Source of the DNA: Escherichia coli
GTDB lineage: Bacteria; Pseudomonadota; Gammaproteobacteria; Enterobacterales; Enterobacteriaceae
Reading direction: 5' to 3' (one strand)
Assembly: GCF_003334385.1 (NCBI RefSeq)
Contig: NZ_QOWN01000016.1
DNA: 64,000 bases
The notes below the pieces were generated by a model. That model searched no databases, was not told where the DNA came from, and saw only the letters and a list, made by a program, of their open reading frames with translations. The first letter of the stretch is position 1. Every line of letters starts with the position of its first letter. Shown in pieces: positions 63,333 to 64,000 of the stretch. The position numbers and the translations under genes were made by a program.

Positions 63333-64000
63333 ATGGCGAAAAACCTAATACTCTGGCTGGTCATTGCCGTTGTGCTGATGTCAGTATTCCAGAGCTTTGG
63401 GCCCAGCGAGTCTAATGGCCGTAAGGTGGATTACTCTACCTTCCTACAAGAGGTCAATAACGACCAGGTTCGTGAAGCGCGTATCAACGGACGTGAAATC
63501 AACGTTACCAAGAAAGATAGTAACCGTTATACCACTTACATTCCGGTTCAGGATCCGAAATTACTGGATAACCTGTTGACCAAGAACGTCAAGGTTGTCG
63601 GTGAACCGCCTGAAGAACCAAGCCTGCTGGCTTCTATCTTCATCTCCTGGTTCCCGATGCTGTTGCTGATTGGTGTCTGGATCTTCTTCATGCGTCAAAT
63701 GCAGGGCGGCGGTGGCAAAGGTGCCATGTCGTTTGGTAAGAGCAAAGCGCGCATGCTGACGGAAGATCAGATCAAAACGACCTTTGCTGACGTTGCGGGC
63801 TGCGACGAAGCAAAAGAAGAAGTTGCTGAACTGGTTGAGTATCTGCGCGAGCCGAGCCGCTTCCAGAAACTCGGCGGTAAGATCCCGAAAGGCGTCTTGA
63901 TGGTCGGTCCTCCGGGTACCGGTAAAACGCTGCTGGCGAAAGCGATTGCAGGCGAAGCGAAAGTTCCGTTCTTTACTATCTCCGGTTCTGACTTCGTAGA
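63333..64000 (+). CDS. ftsH: ATP-dependent zinc metalloprotease FtsH, N-terminal part (3' end lies outside the window)
   Basis: ATG at 63333 gives [20 protein letters not shown]... with two transmembrane segments and the start of the AAA module (GPPGTGKT at about 63907-63930); frame is open to the window end, so it is absent from the ORF track. Confidence 0.93.

Overview
This 64 kb window reads as an Escherichia coli-type (Enterobacteriaceae) chromosomal segment spanning tldD to ftsH, in reverse orientation relative to the usual K-12 map convention. Gene identities come from recognising the translated ORFs and their synteny; no database search was run. I call 66 protein-coding genes (tldD and ftsH truncated by the window edges), one sRNA (ArcZ, antisense to the arcB 3' end), several intrinsic terminators, REP-type extragenic palindromes and a few operator sites. 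Content is mostly core housekeeping: aaeR-aaeXAB efflux, argR, mdh, degS/degQ, zapG/zapE, rplM-rpsI, sspAB, the nan sialic-acid cluster, gltBD, arcB, the lptCAB-rpoN-hpf-ptsN-rapZ-npr cluster, kdsCD, mlaFEDCB, murA, ispB, rplU-rpmA, obgE, dacB, greA and rlmE. I see no rRNA, tRNA, CRISPR array, IS element or prophage. I did not find a convincing undescribed multi-gene system. The one accessory-looking block is about 22.4-29.7 kb: yhcG (PDDEXK-type nuclease-like protein of unknown function), an apparently intact cryptic chaperone-usher operon (gltF-yhcA-yhcD-yhcE-yhcF) and a very AT-rich 560 bp spacer. The most unusual signal is a family of five palindromes with a CAGAC-N3-GTCTG core: one sits at each edge of that block and three lie in tandem, in frame, inside yhcG, where they encode a 13-residue peptide repeat.
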